A program made the position numbers and the translations under genes. From an uncultured Nitrososphaeraceae archaeon (GTDB lineage: Archaea; Thermoproteota; Nitrososphaeria; Nitrososphaerales; Nitrososphaeraceae): 64,000 nucleotides of DNA. The notes under the pieces are model-generated. The model made no database searches and was not told the DNA's origin. It worked only from the letters and a program-made list of their open reading frames with translations. Of the stretch, positions 22,489 to 33,591 are shown one piece after another (within the stretch, counting starts at the first letter, position 1; every line of letters starts with the position of its first letter). The stretch is from NCBI GenBank assembly GCA_963729045.1, contig CAVSMN010000001.1, positions 1 through 64,000 on the forward strand. Reading direction: 5' to 3'.

Positions 22489-23259
22489 TTAAACTTTGGT
22501 ACCATTATTCTTATTTTGATTAAGAAATTCACTAATTTTTGATTGAATTTGGTTATAAATATCTTCAATGTTCTTATCACCATCGATATCAATGAGTCCA
22601 TATTTTTTTTGCATAATATTAAACTCTTTCTTCAACAAATATTGATATTTAATAAAGGAATCAAAAATATCTGCCGATATGCCTAGATCCGCTCCTGATT
22701 CATAATAATCAAGGGATTTATTCTTTTTAAATACTCTATGTATCAGATTATATGGATCCACATTCAGATAGAAAATAAGGTCTGGTTTGATCGCAAAACT
22801 ATGTAATTGATGTAACCAATTTTTATTTATTCCTCTAACCGAGCTTCTCGCAATAAGTGTGTAGATATATCTATCAGAAATTACAACAAATCCAGCTTTA
22901 AGTGCAGGAATTATTTTATTTTCTAATTGATCTGCGAAATCGGCTGCATAATAAAGTGCCATAGTTCTTCTCCCGACCTGATAGTTTCGTTTTGCTTCAA
23001 TTATTCCCTTTGATATGAGATCGGATCTTTTTAATCCGGCATTAACTACTGCATGTCCCTCAGCCTCTAATTTCTCGGTTATTTTTTGAATTTGAGTACT
23101 TCTTCCTGAAGCATCCGGCCCTTCAATTACTATGAACGATCCATGAATCTCAATATCTTTGAGATATTTTATTCCCCAATGGTTAATAAATTTAATTTTA
23201 TTACTGTCTTCGCTATCATTATCCGAATATTTTTTCTTTACTAATGTTCTTGAGGCCAT
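22489..23259 (-). CDS. Thymidylate-kinase-like protein B (variant P-loop GPDASGRST)
   Basis: IVIEGPDASGRST, DFADQ, SDRYIYT, PDLIFYL and YESGADLG. Confidence 0.88.
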   Translation of the reverse strand: MASRTLVKKKYSDNDSEDSNKIKFINHWGIKYLKDIEIHGSFIVIEGPDASGRSTQIQKITEKLEAEGHAVVNAGLKRSDLISKGIIEAKRNYQVGRRTMALYYAADFADQLENKIIPALKAGFVVISDRYIYTLIARSSVRGINKNWLHQLHSFAIKPDLIFYLNVDPYNLIHRVFKKNKSLDYYESGADLGISADIFDSFIKYQYLLKKEFNIMQKKYGLIDIDGDKNIEDIYNQIQSKISEFLNQNKNNGTKV

Positions 23260-23288
23260 TTTCTATTCCCTAGTAACCCTTTCCAATA

Positions 23289-23970
23289 TTATTCAAGTAT
23301 ATGTCCTTGAATCTGATTTTTCAATTTTAATGTCCTCAATACGTGTCTTCTTACATTATTTTGTTGTTTTTCTATATCAAGTGTCCCATCAATTACTATA
23401 AAATTTTCGTCGTCAACCATCGATTCATACTCATCAACAATTCTTCCCTGAAGATCCTATAGCTTTCATATTCATCTTTACTCAATCCGAAGATCCATCC
23501 CAGCTTCATAGTGTTTCAGCTTTGGTCTTCCAGAAATAATTCTATTTACTGCAGTTTCGATTGGTACCCTGAAATAGAAAGTTAGATCAGGTTTTCGAGC
23601 ATAACTGTACATATTCCTCACCCAAGATTTGTCACACCCTCTTACTGTATCCCTAGCTAAAGCGGTGTAGATATACCTATCTGCAAGAACGATATACCCA
23701 GCTCGCAGCAATGGATAAATATTCTTTTCGTATCGGTCAGCAAAATCGGTTGAATGTAATAGTGAAAAAGTCATTGGTGTCAATCTTGCCTTTTTTTTCC
23801 CTTTGGAGGTAATTTCTCTCACGGTCTCCGAAGAATTCCATTCTGTAAAAAAAACATCGTATCCTTTAGAGTTTAGCCATCTATCTACCAAATGAATTTG
23901 CGGTAGATTTGCCTGACCCGTCAATTCCTTCAACTACAATAAGGACTCCCGATATCGTCGTTCTTAACAT
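23289..23970 (-). CDS. Thymidylate-kinase-like protein A, frameshifted (~23901, ~23489, ~23452)
   Basis: Reconstructed as LIVVEGIDGSGKST/QIHL...FTEWNSS...DFADR...ADRYIYT...YEAGMDL/GLSKDEYESYRIF/QGRIVDEYESM...IDGTLDIEKQQ...*. Confidence 0.85.
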
Positions 23971-24555
23971 TATTAGGATTATTATTTCCAATTACTTGCA
24001 CTACATTCACCACGAATGCACAATTTCATAAAATCGATAAACATTTTAATACTCATAAAGTTTTATTTCTCAACTTAACATAATTTTGGATGTATTTATT
24101 GTATTTGATAATATTATATATAGAACATATTTTGCAAAGATTTTCTAAGTGAATCATATATAGTTAATGTTATTCTATTGGAAATTAGAACGTGCAAAAG
24201 AAAGTAATTTAGAATTTAGAAAAATAAGACGTCCTAAATTACGATCCAATCTGGAAATATCTCAATTGTAAAAATATTTGTTTAGATCGCTCAAATAATC
24301 GAATATATCATAGAACAAAGCAAACTTAGGTAATAATCGTCTTCCTTTTTATGTCGAACATGGAAAAGAAAGCAAAAAGATCTAGTATTAATAACGAAAA
24401 ATAAGATAGACATAGATTTCTAGGCTAATCATAAACTCATGCGGCATAGAAGGAACAAGACTAATGCTCTTAACTTTGTTCATAACATAACTATATAGAA
24501 TCATCTAAAACATGTTAACAAGTAATAAAAGACATTCAATAGTAGCATCTATAGA

Positions 24556-24741
24556 ATGAAAATCATTGTCATTCCTAATTTGTTGTTTCAATATGTCAGA
24601 TTAGAAGAGCTCGAAGATTCACCAGAGGAAAAGGAAAGTCATGGAAGACATAAAATAGATTGCATTAAATGTGGTTTTAAGATGGGCGAATACATTGTTG
24701 GAAATCTCAAATGTTTTAGATGTGGTTCAGAACTAGATTAA
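24556..24741 (+). CDS. Small zinc-ribbon protein
   Basis: CIKCG...CFRCG. Confidence 0.55.
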   Translation: MKIIVIPNLLFQYVRLEELEDSPEEKESHGRHKIDCIKCGFKMGEYIVGNLKCFRCGSELD

Positions 24742-25032
24742 CAGCAACTGGTTTTCTTATTAATAAAATATAATTTGATTCGTTTTACAGTATCTCCTAA
24801 TAAACCTGCTAAAAAACCCCAGTAAGTGGCTAAAACTAACCTCACTCTCAAATCAGACGGAATTCAACCCCAGATTTTCATAGAAAAAATTAAAGACTAT
24901 GATAAAAATTCTGTTCTAACTAAAAGACGATCTTGGAAAAATAGAATTTCATTTCATTAATACTAACATCGAGTATCATAGTTGATCCAAGATTCATACG
25001 GAACTTGAAAAATTGTCAAAAAAATAAATTAA

Positions 25033-25242
25033 TCAATAACGCGTTATCAAATTGGCCTCTTCTTTAAGTCTTAAAGAATGATGTCTTGATTTTCTCTTCC
25101 TTAATAATGAATTACAACAATAACATCTACGGGCATCAGAATAATATCTTATTCCGCACATGGAACATTTTGAATTAGCGCTATTATCTTTATAAGAGCC
25201 TTTTATAGGTTTTTCTTTCGCGCATTTACCTTTACAGGGCAT
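25033..25242 (-). CDS. Small Cys-rich basic protein
   Basis: CxxxC...CxxC...CxCC..LR pattern. Confidence 0.7.
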   Translation of the reverse strand: MPCKGKCAKEKPIKGSYKDNSANSKCSMCGIRYYSDARRCYCCNSLLRKRKSRHHSLRLKEEANLITRY

Positions 25243-25468
25243 AAGATGTAATGTTTCCCAACATTGATATCCTTTTCTTTTTATATTTCCTGTTTATTAG
25301 TCATGAGAAAGGTTGATGAAGAGATAACAACTACATTCTGACAATTCAAATTCTGAATGAAAAGTTGATTCTTTATATAATTATGATTTTGAAACATAGA
25401 GAAATGATTTTTAATTAAATTGACTAAAAGTGTGATGCCCTAGTTTATCATGGTTGTTGTTTACCAAA

Positions 25469-25687
25469 TCATATTCTAGTAGCAAGTTTTAATAAACGTG
25501 ATTTACACCGATTGTTATGAGGTTTTATCCTAAGAACATGGTCACAACAAGGACACCTCATTCCACTCCAATCCAAAAATAAATTACACTCTATACATCT
25601 TTTATGCCCCTCCGAATAATACCCTTTAGAATATTCGTCTTTGTAGGCCTTGTAAAGATGACATACATCCTTGCAAAACTTTCTCAA
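25469..25687 (-). CDS. Small Cys-rich basic protein (paralogue of 25033..25242)
   Basis: CKDVC...RCIEC...RCPCC..LR.KP pattern. Confidence 0.75.
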   Translation of the reverse strand: MRKFCKDVCHLYKAYKDEYSKGYYSEGHKRCIECNLFLDWSGMRCPCCDHVLRIKPHNNRCKSRLLKLATRI

Positions 25688-25730
25688 TCCTTAGGAGTTC
25701 CAATAAACATTACTGAATTTAAGGTTAAAA

Positions 25731-26665
25731 TTAAGCATTTTTTGACTGGGTATTTACTTTTGTTTCATTAACGGGTACGGTTTTAGGCTCCGAAAAGTGC
25801 TTACACATATCGATAAACTGTCTTTGCTTCTCTTGTAGATCATCATTTATTTTATCAACCGCCTTCATCAAATAGTGTTCCGACCCTGCTTGCTTAAGTA
25901 AACTTGTAGCAAAGTTAATACTATTGATGTCTTGAAGTATTCGGTGTATCTTGTTACAATTTTTTATGACGACGTTATCGGTATTTTGATATCCTCCACC
26001 CTCTTATATCAGATTGTTGTGGAAGATGAGTTAAAGTGTCCAGAGTTAATTTTAATTTCTCACATCTTTTTTGTAGTTTGAATATATTTTTTGCAACGTT
26101 ATTATTTTTAGGTACAATGATATTATCTGTATCAAACTTCATGACTTTCTTTCCAATTCCTTTTGTTAGTTTATCTACGTTAGAAGACAACTTTTTTGTT
26201 CTTTTATGTAAAGATTTGTCATCAAACGGCATATCAATTATGGGTAAATTAACAGATTCTATTTTTTGAATTATGTTATTTGATTTTGATAATAGATTTT
26301 GTTTTCTTACTTTAAGTATATTTTCAAAATTCTTTAGATAATTTTGGTCTCCACCTGATCCCTTTTTATTTAAAACCTCCTTGTCGATTAAATCATATGC
26401 TCTCAGCTCTCTTTCTATTTTTGATAATGATTTAGAGATCTGCCTCATTGTTTTAAGGCTTTTTTGATTTCTAATCTTCTTAGGAAAAACCAACTGGTTA
26501 TATTCCAATTTTTTTATATCGTGGTTTAAATCGAAAAAATCTTTCTCAGTATTGGTTTTTAAATATGAATTACTTTTTACTCTTTATATCTGCGAAATTT
26601 TTTTGAAAATCTTCCATGTAAGGCTGAATTAGTTGTAAGGATGATGTAGTTGATTTGCTTGCCAT
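25731..26665 (-). pseudogene. Degenerate or fragmented CHAD-like protein
   Basis: FPKKIR...RELRAYDLI and IFKLQKRCEKLKLTLD align by eye with SPKQIR...NIRDIDI and LHELRKDSKKLRYLIE of the CHAD at 20497. The flanking pieces are in other frames. Confidence 0.55.
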
Positions 26666-27384
26666 CGTTTTAATGTAACAATACTTATATTTATACATTA
26701 TAGTTAATATAGATCTATATAGTTCCTTTATCATGTTTATATAAACACAATGAGAAAGTCTTGAAAATATGGATTTAGCATTGATAATTGAAAGTAACAA
26801 CAGGGTGAGATGTCAGAGTGGTAGACATCATCATTAAAAACTACTCCCATTCTGTATAAAATAAAATAGGAACAAGAGATTAGAAGTTACTCTCGTTTTT
26901 GATTTAAATCTAAAAAATTTTATTTAAAGTTTTATGACTTATTTCGTCAACAATTCAGATTTTCATTATTTTTCTTTTTTAAGAATCTAGATGAATTGAT
27001 CACATGGTAAATGATTCTATTAACCAATAGATGATCTGATAGCTAATATCTAATAAGGTCGATCTATATACATTCGTTATAAAACACATATAATAAAAAT
27101 TAGAAATAAAGGGTATAAATCGCCACTAAAGAATTGTATAAAAACCAGGATTAACCATATACGAAAGAGAGTAGTAGATTGGGTTTACTCCAATACCTGA
27201 TCAAAGAAAGAAATGAGGAGATTTCTTAGCATAAAGGAGAAAATAACGATACTAATTCCTTCTAAGAAACTAGATGTATATAAGTAAATTGAAATGAAAT
27301 CCATTACCATCTTCATGGTCTACGGACATTATATTGAAACATGATAATAATGCCAGAAGTAAATAGTAATTAGACGAGAAAAAA

Positions 27385-27660
27385 ATGAAAAAAATGACTG
27401 ACGGATTAAATCTAAAAATATCCGAAATCCTGAATGAAAGTTATGTGGATATTCATGGACATGAAATAACATTTGAGAAAACAGGAAAGTTTGAATACAC
27501 ATCCGTATATAACATTAATTGCAATAGAAAATATGTTATTGATTTGTCACCAGCCACAGTATCAGTAAAGGAGATTACTATTCCAAGAGAAGATGTGGTA
27601 TACAGCGATAATTATTACTCTAGTATAGACCAAAAACGCAAAACACAAATTTGTAATTAG
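27385..27660 (+). CDS. Hypothetical protein
   Basis: 91-aa ORF with an ATG start and no recognised motif. Confidence 0.45.
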   Translation: MKKMTDGLNLKISEILNESYVDIHGHEITFEKTGKFEYTSVYNINCNRKYVIDLSPATVSVKEITIPREDVVYSDNYYSSIDQKRKTQICN

Positions 27661-27818
27661 TATATGAGAATAAATAGTGGAATATGACAACAGGTATTAT
27701 TCTTTGAAATATCTATAAATAATACTTATAATCATAAAAACTTTAGAATCATGTAAAATTGTTAATTTATTAACTAACTTTGTACTTTTATAAAGTAAAG
27801 TATAGTAAAGTAGAGGAA

Positions 27819-28058
27819 TTAACCGTAAATATACTCAATCGCAATTGGTCCATTGAAATTATTCTGTTTTAATCTTTGTAATAATGTTTCAAGATCAATG
27901 TCATTATCTAGATGTTCTTCATCTTTTATTGCAATAAATTGATTCTTATAATTTCTCTTAAAAACTTCATAATTTGAATAAATCCATTTGTAATTATCTT
28001 TTAATTCTCTTAATTTATCAAGTTCAAAGTCCATGAGCATTTGTGGATTCATGTTCAT
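27819..28058 (-). CDS. DUF5678-like small protein
   Basis: W...NY...Y.NQFIAIKD pattern. Confidence 0.6.
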   Translation of the reverse strand: MNMNPQMLMDFELDKLRELKDNYKWIYSNYEVFKRNYKNQFIAIKDEEHLDNDIDLETLLQRLKQNNFNGPIAIEYIYG

Positions 28059-28438
28059 ACATAGTTTCCATTTCTTATAGTTATGTTGTATATAGTCTAT
28101 ATCAATATCAATATTTTACATATCTGATCTATTGACATTTAGATCAAAGAAATCCCACCTCTTCTTATGCATAGTTAACTCAGTCAATGTTTCAATTATT
28201 CTCTAGCGCAAACATCTGCATGGGATCCTGAGAACTCTTCTTGTAAATTTAGTTCGTGTGTAATATTGCAATATGCTACCAGGATGAATTGAGTACCTGT
28301 ACTAAAATCACAATCTTAATTTGGAAGAATATGGTTAGTTTCGTTTTCAGATCATATGTTTTTGGAATAAACATTGTAAAATTCGATAAAAACCAAAATA
28401 ATTAAGATATTTATTATGAGGGTGGATTATACACTAGT

Positions 28439-28750
28439 ATGACAAATGGTAGTAATAATAAAAAAAATGTAGATACTAGTAAAATCAAAAAGGAAAATAA
28501 GGATGCGGTTGATTCTACAAAAAACAATAAAAAAAATGTAGATACTAGTAAAATCAAAAAGGAAAATAAGGATGCGGTTGATTCTACAAAAAAGGACAGT
28601 ATAAGCCTATCAAGTTCTATTTTAACAGAATCAGACAATAAAGAAAAGGAACAGCTCTCGTATTACGAAAAAGAAGTTCTAAAGGAATTAAAAGGTATTA
28701 AAAAAGCATCCAAGAACATCCTCAAAAGTATAAAGAAATTCAGTAGTTAA
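28439..28750 (+). CDS. Lys-rich hypothetical protein with an internal 23-aa duplication
   Basis: NKKNVDTSKIKKENKDAVDSTK occurs twice. Confidence 0.55.
   Translation: MTNGSNNKKNVDTSKIKKENKDAVDSTKNNKKNVDTSKIKKENKDAVDSTKKDSISLSSSILTESDNKEKEQLSYYEKEVLKELKGIKKASKNILKSIKKFSS
28457..28593 (+). repeat. 69-bp tandem duplication (2 copies)
   Basis: Unit AATAAAAAAAATGTAGATACTAG...GATTCTACAAAAAA starts at 28457 and 28526. Confidence 0.95.
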
Positions 28751-28858
28751 TTAAATTTAAAGATGACGAGGTATCTACTCATCATTTTCTAAAACTACAA
28801 ATAAATGAGTTACTTTAAATTTGATTTATTAGAACAAGTCAACCTAACGTTAAAAATA

Positions 28859-29524
28859 CTACATTTTAAACGTCCTACTCAACATTATTAATTCTGGTCC
28901 AGTTGTTAGATTACCCACAATCAAAGATCGAGTGTTCCAAACAATCCCCGATGATAAATATGGAATACCGCCATTGATGGTTAAAGGCTCTACCTCTACC
29001 TTTAAAACTGATGAAATAGTTTCAACTTCTTTCTCTGTGGCCTTTGGATGTACCGCAGCACCATCATTTGTTGATACAATCATCGAACCAGTTTGATTGA
29101 AATCAGCAACAGACATGGTGTGAGATTCTATTCCTAAAACATCACATATTTGTTTGTCAAATTCATTCTTAAATAATGGAGACACAATTGCTCCTTTATC
29201 ATTAGTGGATATTAGATTGCCTATAGCTGTCAATTTTGATTCTAGTTTGGACACATTCAATCCGGTTACTTGTTTTAGATGTAGTACCTCATCCTCTGAC
29301 GCTGTTGAAGGCAGTAGCATCCCATTATTATTTAGGACCACCATAGGACCAATTATTCTATTTCCTGCTATAGAAACAAAAATTGGATCCACTTCTAAAA
29401 TATCCGTTATTTTCTTTAACTTCGTCTCAGCATAACCATGTGGAAGTAATACTATTTTATCGTTAGATTTTGCAAATATACCTACATTAGGACTTTTATA
29501 CAAGTCATACCTAAAAATACCCAA
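28859..29524 (-). CDS. eif6: Translation initiation factor 6 (aIF6)
   Basis: SPNVGIF, AIGNLI..ND.GA, GS....N.GAAVHP, TINGG and TTGPEL. Confidence 0.95.
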   Translation of the reverse strand: MGIFRYDLYKSPNVGIFAKSNDKIVLLPHGYAETKLKKITDILEVDPIFVSIAGNRIIGPMVVLNNNGMLLPSTASEDEVLHLKQVTGLNVSKLESKLTAIGNLISTNDKGAIVSPLFKNEFDKQICDVLGIESHTMSVADFNQTGSMIVSTNDGAAVHPKATEKEVETISSVLKVEVEPLTINGGIPYLSSGIVWNTRSLIVGNLTTGPELIMLSRTFKM

Positions 29525-29616
29525 ATAATTTAGAACATAGGTAGATTATCATATGAACCTATTGATTAAAATTTAATATAATAATAAATAGAAATGTAAA
29601 AAATACTAATTATAAT

Positions 29617-30270
29617 ATGGTAATAGAATTTAGCATGTCTATTAGGAAGGTCAACACTATAATTTTCGCATTACCATGTGTATTACTCTTGTTTTTGTTT
29701 AGTTGGTTCGGCCACAATAGCCTAATAGACACCACACAGGATCTCCCATTGTTTTCGGTGAATAAAGCATTAGCCCAAGAAACTTCCTGGTCAAATTATA
29801 CAACTGATGATAGCACACTAAGCATAGCATATCCGACAAATTGGAAGATTGTTGAAGATAAAAAGAATGACGAAAATCAGACCAATGACATAATAGTATT
29901 TCTATCACCGAAAGAAAACCCTGAAGATCCCTTTCAAGAAAACATTGTCGTGAATATTTTGATTCCAAAAAATAACTTTACAATCAACGAAAGCATCAAT
30001 ACACAAGATATAGTTCAGAAACTTGTAGACCAGAATCAGGGATTTAGATTTGACAATATATCCACCATACATATTGATAGCATAAACAAAACAGCTGATA
30101 GCATAACATACAGCTTTGAAAATGCAGGTTTTTTGTTTAAAACTAAACAGATTTTTTTGACTATTAACAATAATATTTATATTTTTTCCCTTCTAACTGA
30201 GCAAAAGGAATTCGACAAATACGCATCAATTTTTGACAAGATGCTTATGAGCATTCATTTGTCAATCTAA
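29617..30270 (+). CDS. Secreted PsbP-like fold protein
   Basis: Signal or TM segment, SIAYPTNW, FQENIVV and C-terminal FDKMLMSI. Confidence 0.7.
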   Translation: MVIEFSMSIRKVNTIIFALPCVLLLFLFSWFGHNSLIDTTQDLPLFSVNKALAQETSWSNYTTDDSTLSIAYPTNWKIVEDKKNDENQTNDIIVFLSPKENPEDPFQENIVVNILIPKNNFTINESINTQDIVQKLVDQNQGFRFDNISTIHIDSINKTADSITYSFENAGFLFKTKQIFLTINNNIYIFSLLTEQKEFDKYASIFDKMLMSIHLSI

Positions 30271-30290
30271 AAAAAAGGCGTGGTGTTTTG

Positions 30291-30584
30291 CTAGTTTGTA
30301 ATCTTGTCTAAACCGGTATAAATTTGGGTATCAAGAATATTTGTAAAACTAGCAGTCAAAACATCAGTCATTTTAGAAGTACTGGGGTTTGACCAAACAA
30401 AAGAGGTAGGATATTGATTTGAATCAGAAGTGGTATCAAGATTTTGTGCAGAAATAGGATGTAAAGATACAGAATTTTCATCAATATTTGCAGCAATACT
30501 GGTCTGTGAAATCGTCAAACTACTAACAACAATAATTGTCGACAGTATGATTAAAAGAGTCAATTTTGATGTAATTATTTTCAT
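30291..30584 (-). CDS. Small secreted hypothetical protein
   Basis: Signal peptide and Ser/Thr-rich body. Confidence 0.5.
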   Translation of the reverse strand: MKIITSKLTLLIILSTIIVVSSLTISQTSIAANIDENSVSLHPISAQNLDTTSDSNQYPTSFVWSNPSTSKMTDVLTASFTNILDTQIYTGLDKITN

Positions 30585-30710
30585 ATCTTAAAAAATAGTA
30601 GTTATATATCTTATAAGAAACTCTTCAATCGTTACAGTAATAAATTTAATTAGATTTACCCTTTGTAAAATCAACTATTTTTTTTTCTATAGTATTTTAT
30701 CTGAATGTTT

Positions 30711-31313
30711 TTATATCATACTTTCGGATTCTACAGAAACTTTATTTTTATCCTCATATTGCTTGATATGATTTTTAAGTTCTAGAGTTTTAGAAATTTC
30801 ATCTAATCCATTTACCAAATAATTTTTTAATGTAGGGTCAATATCAAAATCAAAGACTTGAGAATTTATCTTAATTTGTTGTTGTATCAAATCTATTTCA
30901 AAGTTGTCGTTTATTTTGGAGGAAAAGAAATCTTCGATTGTATTCTTGTCCATTTTGATGACCAAAACACCATTTTTAGAACAATTATTGTAAAAAATAT
31001 CTGCAAAAGATACCCCAAGGATTACTTTGAAGCCATAATCCTTAAGTGCCCATACCGCATGTTCTCTTGAGCTTCCTATACCAAAATTTTCACGCGTTAA
31101 TAGAATCTGTCTTCCACTATATAGAGGAGAGTTCAATACAAAATCCTTTAATGGTAAACCTTGTTTATCATAACGCCAATTAAAAAATAAATATTCACCG
31201 TATCCAGTTTTACCCAAAAGTTTTAAGAATTGTTTTGGAATAATTTGATCTGTATCAATATTCGCAATATCAAGCGGAACTACCTTACTTGTCAGATTCT
31301 TAAAAGGTTCCAT
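30711..31313 (-). CDS. leuD: 3-isopropylmalate dehydratase small subunit
   Basis: NIDTDQIIPKQFL, NFGIGSSREHA and SFADIF. The likely start is MEPF at 31313. Confidence 0.96.
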   Translation of the reverse strand: MEPFKNLTSKVVPLDIANIDTDQIIPKQFLKLLGKTGYGEYLFFNWRYDKQGLPLKDFVLNSPLYSGRQILLTRENFGIGSSREHAVWALKDYGFKVILGVSFADIFYNNCSKNGVLVIKMDKNTIEDFFSSKINDNFEIDLIQQQIKINSQVFDFDIDPTLKNYLVNGLDEISKTLELKNHIKQYEDKNKVSVESESMI

Positions 31314-31350
31314 AAATACACCTGTAATTTTTATCTGTAATAAATCAAAC

Positions 31351-32766
31351 TTAAACCCATTCTCTAACATCAACAAACTTTCCGGCTATTGCAGCGGCCG
31401 CAGCCATCAAAGGACTAACAAGGTGAGTACGTCCCCCTGTACCTTGGCGTCCTTCGAAATTTCTATTGGAAGTGCTAGCACACCTTTCACCTGCTTGAAG
31501 TATATCAGGATTCATTCCTAAGCACATACTACAGCCAGGCTCTCTCCATTCAAAACCAGCATTCATAAAAATTTTATCCAATCCCAATTTTTCGGCAGCA
31601 ATTTTTACCTGTTGTGATCCCGGAACGACCATTGCTTTAACATTAGAAGATACTTTTTTCCCTTTCACTGCATTAGAAGCTTCGATTAAATCTTCTAATC
31701 TTGCATTTGTGCAAGAACCGATAAAAACTCGATCCACTGAAATATCAGTAATTGGTAAACCCGGTTTCAAATTCATGTATTCGAGGGCCTTAATAGCAGA
31801 TTTTTTTTCATCATCATTTCCTTTAGAATATTCATCAGGAGAGGGAATTGCAGAGTCCACATCGATAGTCATAGCTGGATTAGTACCCCAAGTAACTTGA
31901 GGAGCAAGATTATCGATATCAATAGAGAAAGTCTTATCGTATTGCGCTCCGTTATCAGATCGGAGATTCTTCCAATTGTCTATTTGTTGATCAAATAATT
32001 CATTTTTGGGAGAATAGACTCTTCCCCTTAAATATTCAAAAGTAATTTCATCTGGAGCAACAAGACCCGCTCGAGCACCTGCTTCGATAGACATATTACA
32101 AATAGTCATGCGTTTTTCCATTGTGAGGGATGAAATGTAGTTTCCCTTGTATTCAATCACTGATCCTGAACCACCAGATGTACCTATTTTTCTAATAATG
32201 TTTAATATAACATCTTTAGACGATATAGCCTGGTTTTGCTTTAAACCGCCATTCAAAACTATTTCAAAATTTTTTGACTTTTTCATCCATAGACATTGAG
32301 TAGCCAATACATGTTCTACTTCACTGGTACCTATACCAAAAGCCAGGGATCCGAATGCCCCATGAGTGGAGGTATGGCTATCGCCACAAACAATCGTACT
32401 ACCGGGAAGTGTCAATCCCAATTCTGGACCGATTACATGAACTATCCCTTGATACTTATCATGAATATCAAAAAGTCTTATTCCGAATTCTTTACAATTA
32501 TTTTTTAATGCTTGTATTTGTAATGATGAGATTTGATCCACAATGGGCAAGGATCTGTTAGTAGTGGGAACGTTATGATCTACAGTAGCAAAAGTAAGAT
32601 CGGGTCTTCTAACATTTCTCTCATTAATCCTAAGGCCATCAAAAGCTTGAGGCGAAGTTACTTCATGCACATAATGCCTATCAATGTATAAAAGGGACAA
32701 ATTACTACTTTCATCAGAATATACTACGTGATTATCCCAAATCTTGTCGTATAGAGTTTGTGCCAA
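31351..32766 (-). CDS. leuC: 3-isopropylmalate dehydratase large subunit
   Basis: [29 protein letters not shown] and [11 protein letters not shown]. Confidence 0.97.
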   Translation of the reverse strand: MAQTLYDKIWDNHVVYSDESSNLSLLYIDRHYVHEVTSPQAFDGLRINERNVRRPDLTFATVDHNVPTTNRSLPIVDQISSLQIQALKNNCKEFGIRLFDIHDKYQGIVHVIGPELGLTLPGSTIVCGDSHTSTHGAFGSLAFGIGTSEVEHVLATQCLWMKKSKNFEIVLNGGLKQNQAISSKDVILNIIRKIGTSGGSGSVIEYKGNYISSLTMEKRMTICNMSIEAGARAGLVAPDEITFEYLRGRVYSPKNELFDQQIDNWKNLRSDNGAQYDKTFSIDIDNLAPQVTWGTNPAMTIDVDSAIPSPDEYSKGNDDEKKSAIKALEYMNLKPGLPITDISVDRVFIGSCTNARLEDLIEASNAVKGKKVSSNVKAMVVPGSQQVKIAAEKLGLDKIFMNAGFEWREPGCSMCLGMNPDILQAGERCASTSNRNFEGRQGTGGRTHLVSPLMAAAAAIAGKFVDVREWV

Positions 32767-32864
32767 CTATAATATATAATAACAAAACGACTATAATAAT
32801 AATTATTTTATAATTAATTGAGAATTAACAATGCTTAAATGTAGTCTTTTATCATTTGATATAA

Positions 32865-33527
32865 ATGCATGTTAATGATGATCGATATCCTCAACAAATT
32901 TTAGATCAGATTAAAAAGGGAACAACTACTTGTGCTCTTACCTGTAGTGATGGTGTAGTATTAGCTGCAGATACAAGAGCAAGTGCAGGATTATTTATTG
33001 CAGATAGGCATGTAATGAAAATACAAAAAGTGGATAATCATTTAGGTATGACAATTGCAGGTGGTGTTGCAGACGCCCAAAATCTAGTTGATACAATGAG
33101 ATACAACTCAAATATATACAGATTATCTAAAAAAGAGCCAATTCCAGTCAGTTCCGCTGCAAGACTATGCTCTAACATTCTATTTAATCAAAGATATTTT
33201 CCCTTTTATGTTCAAATTATCATGGGAGGATTTGATTTTCGTCAGCAAAAAGGACAAATTTATAATATAGATTTATTCGGTTCGATGACTACAGAAAGTT
33301 TTATTTCAACTGGTAGTGGGTCCCCTGTTGCATATGGATATTTAGAGTCAGAATTTAAGGAAGGAATGAGCGTAAATGAAGCTTATAAAGTAGCAATTCA
33401 AGCCATTGCCGCAGCAATTAGAAGAAATGCAGGTACTGGAGACAGCATAAATGCAGTAATAATAGATAAAAATGGATATACAGAATTATCTAAAGAAATT
33501 AAAGATAGCGTCGGCGCTAAATTTTAA
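32865..33527 (+). CDS. psmB: Proteasome beta subunit
   Basis: Propeptide with KG/TTT cleavage site, AADTRAS and GSGS. Confidence 0.95.
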   Translation: MHVNDDRYPQQILDQIKKGTTTCALTCSDGVVLAADTRASAGLFIADRHVMKIQKVDNHLGMTIAGGVADAQNLVDTMRYNSNIYRLSKKEPIPVSSAARLCSNILFNQRYFPFYVQIIMGGFDFRQQKGQIYNIDLFGSMTTESFISTGSGSPVAYGYLESEFKEGMSVNEAYKVAIQAIAAAIRRNAGTGDSINAVIIDKNGYTELSKEIKDSVGAKF

Positions 33528-33591
33528 TCATTTTATTATAATATAGTCATAAAATAAAAACAAAAACAAAAATCATTAAATTTATTCTAAC

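Noticed and set aside
26803..26850. GGGTGAGATGTCAGAGTGGTAGACATC resembling a tRNA 5' end
   Set aside because: No T-loop (GTTCRA) or acceptor-stem partner follows. It is only a 6-bp GATGTC/GACATC hairpin.
30711..31376. leuD start at 31376 as given in the ORF track
   Set aside because: It overlaps leuC. The MEPF start at 31313 fits LeuD N-termini.
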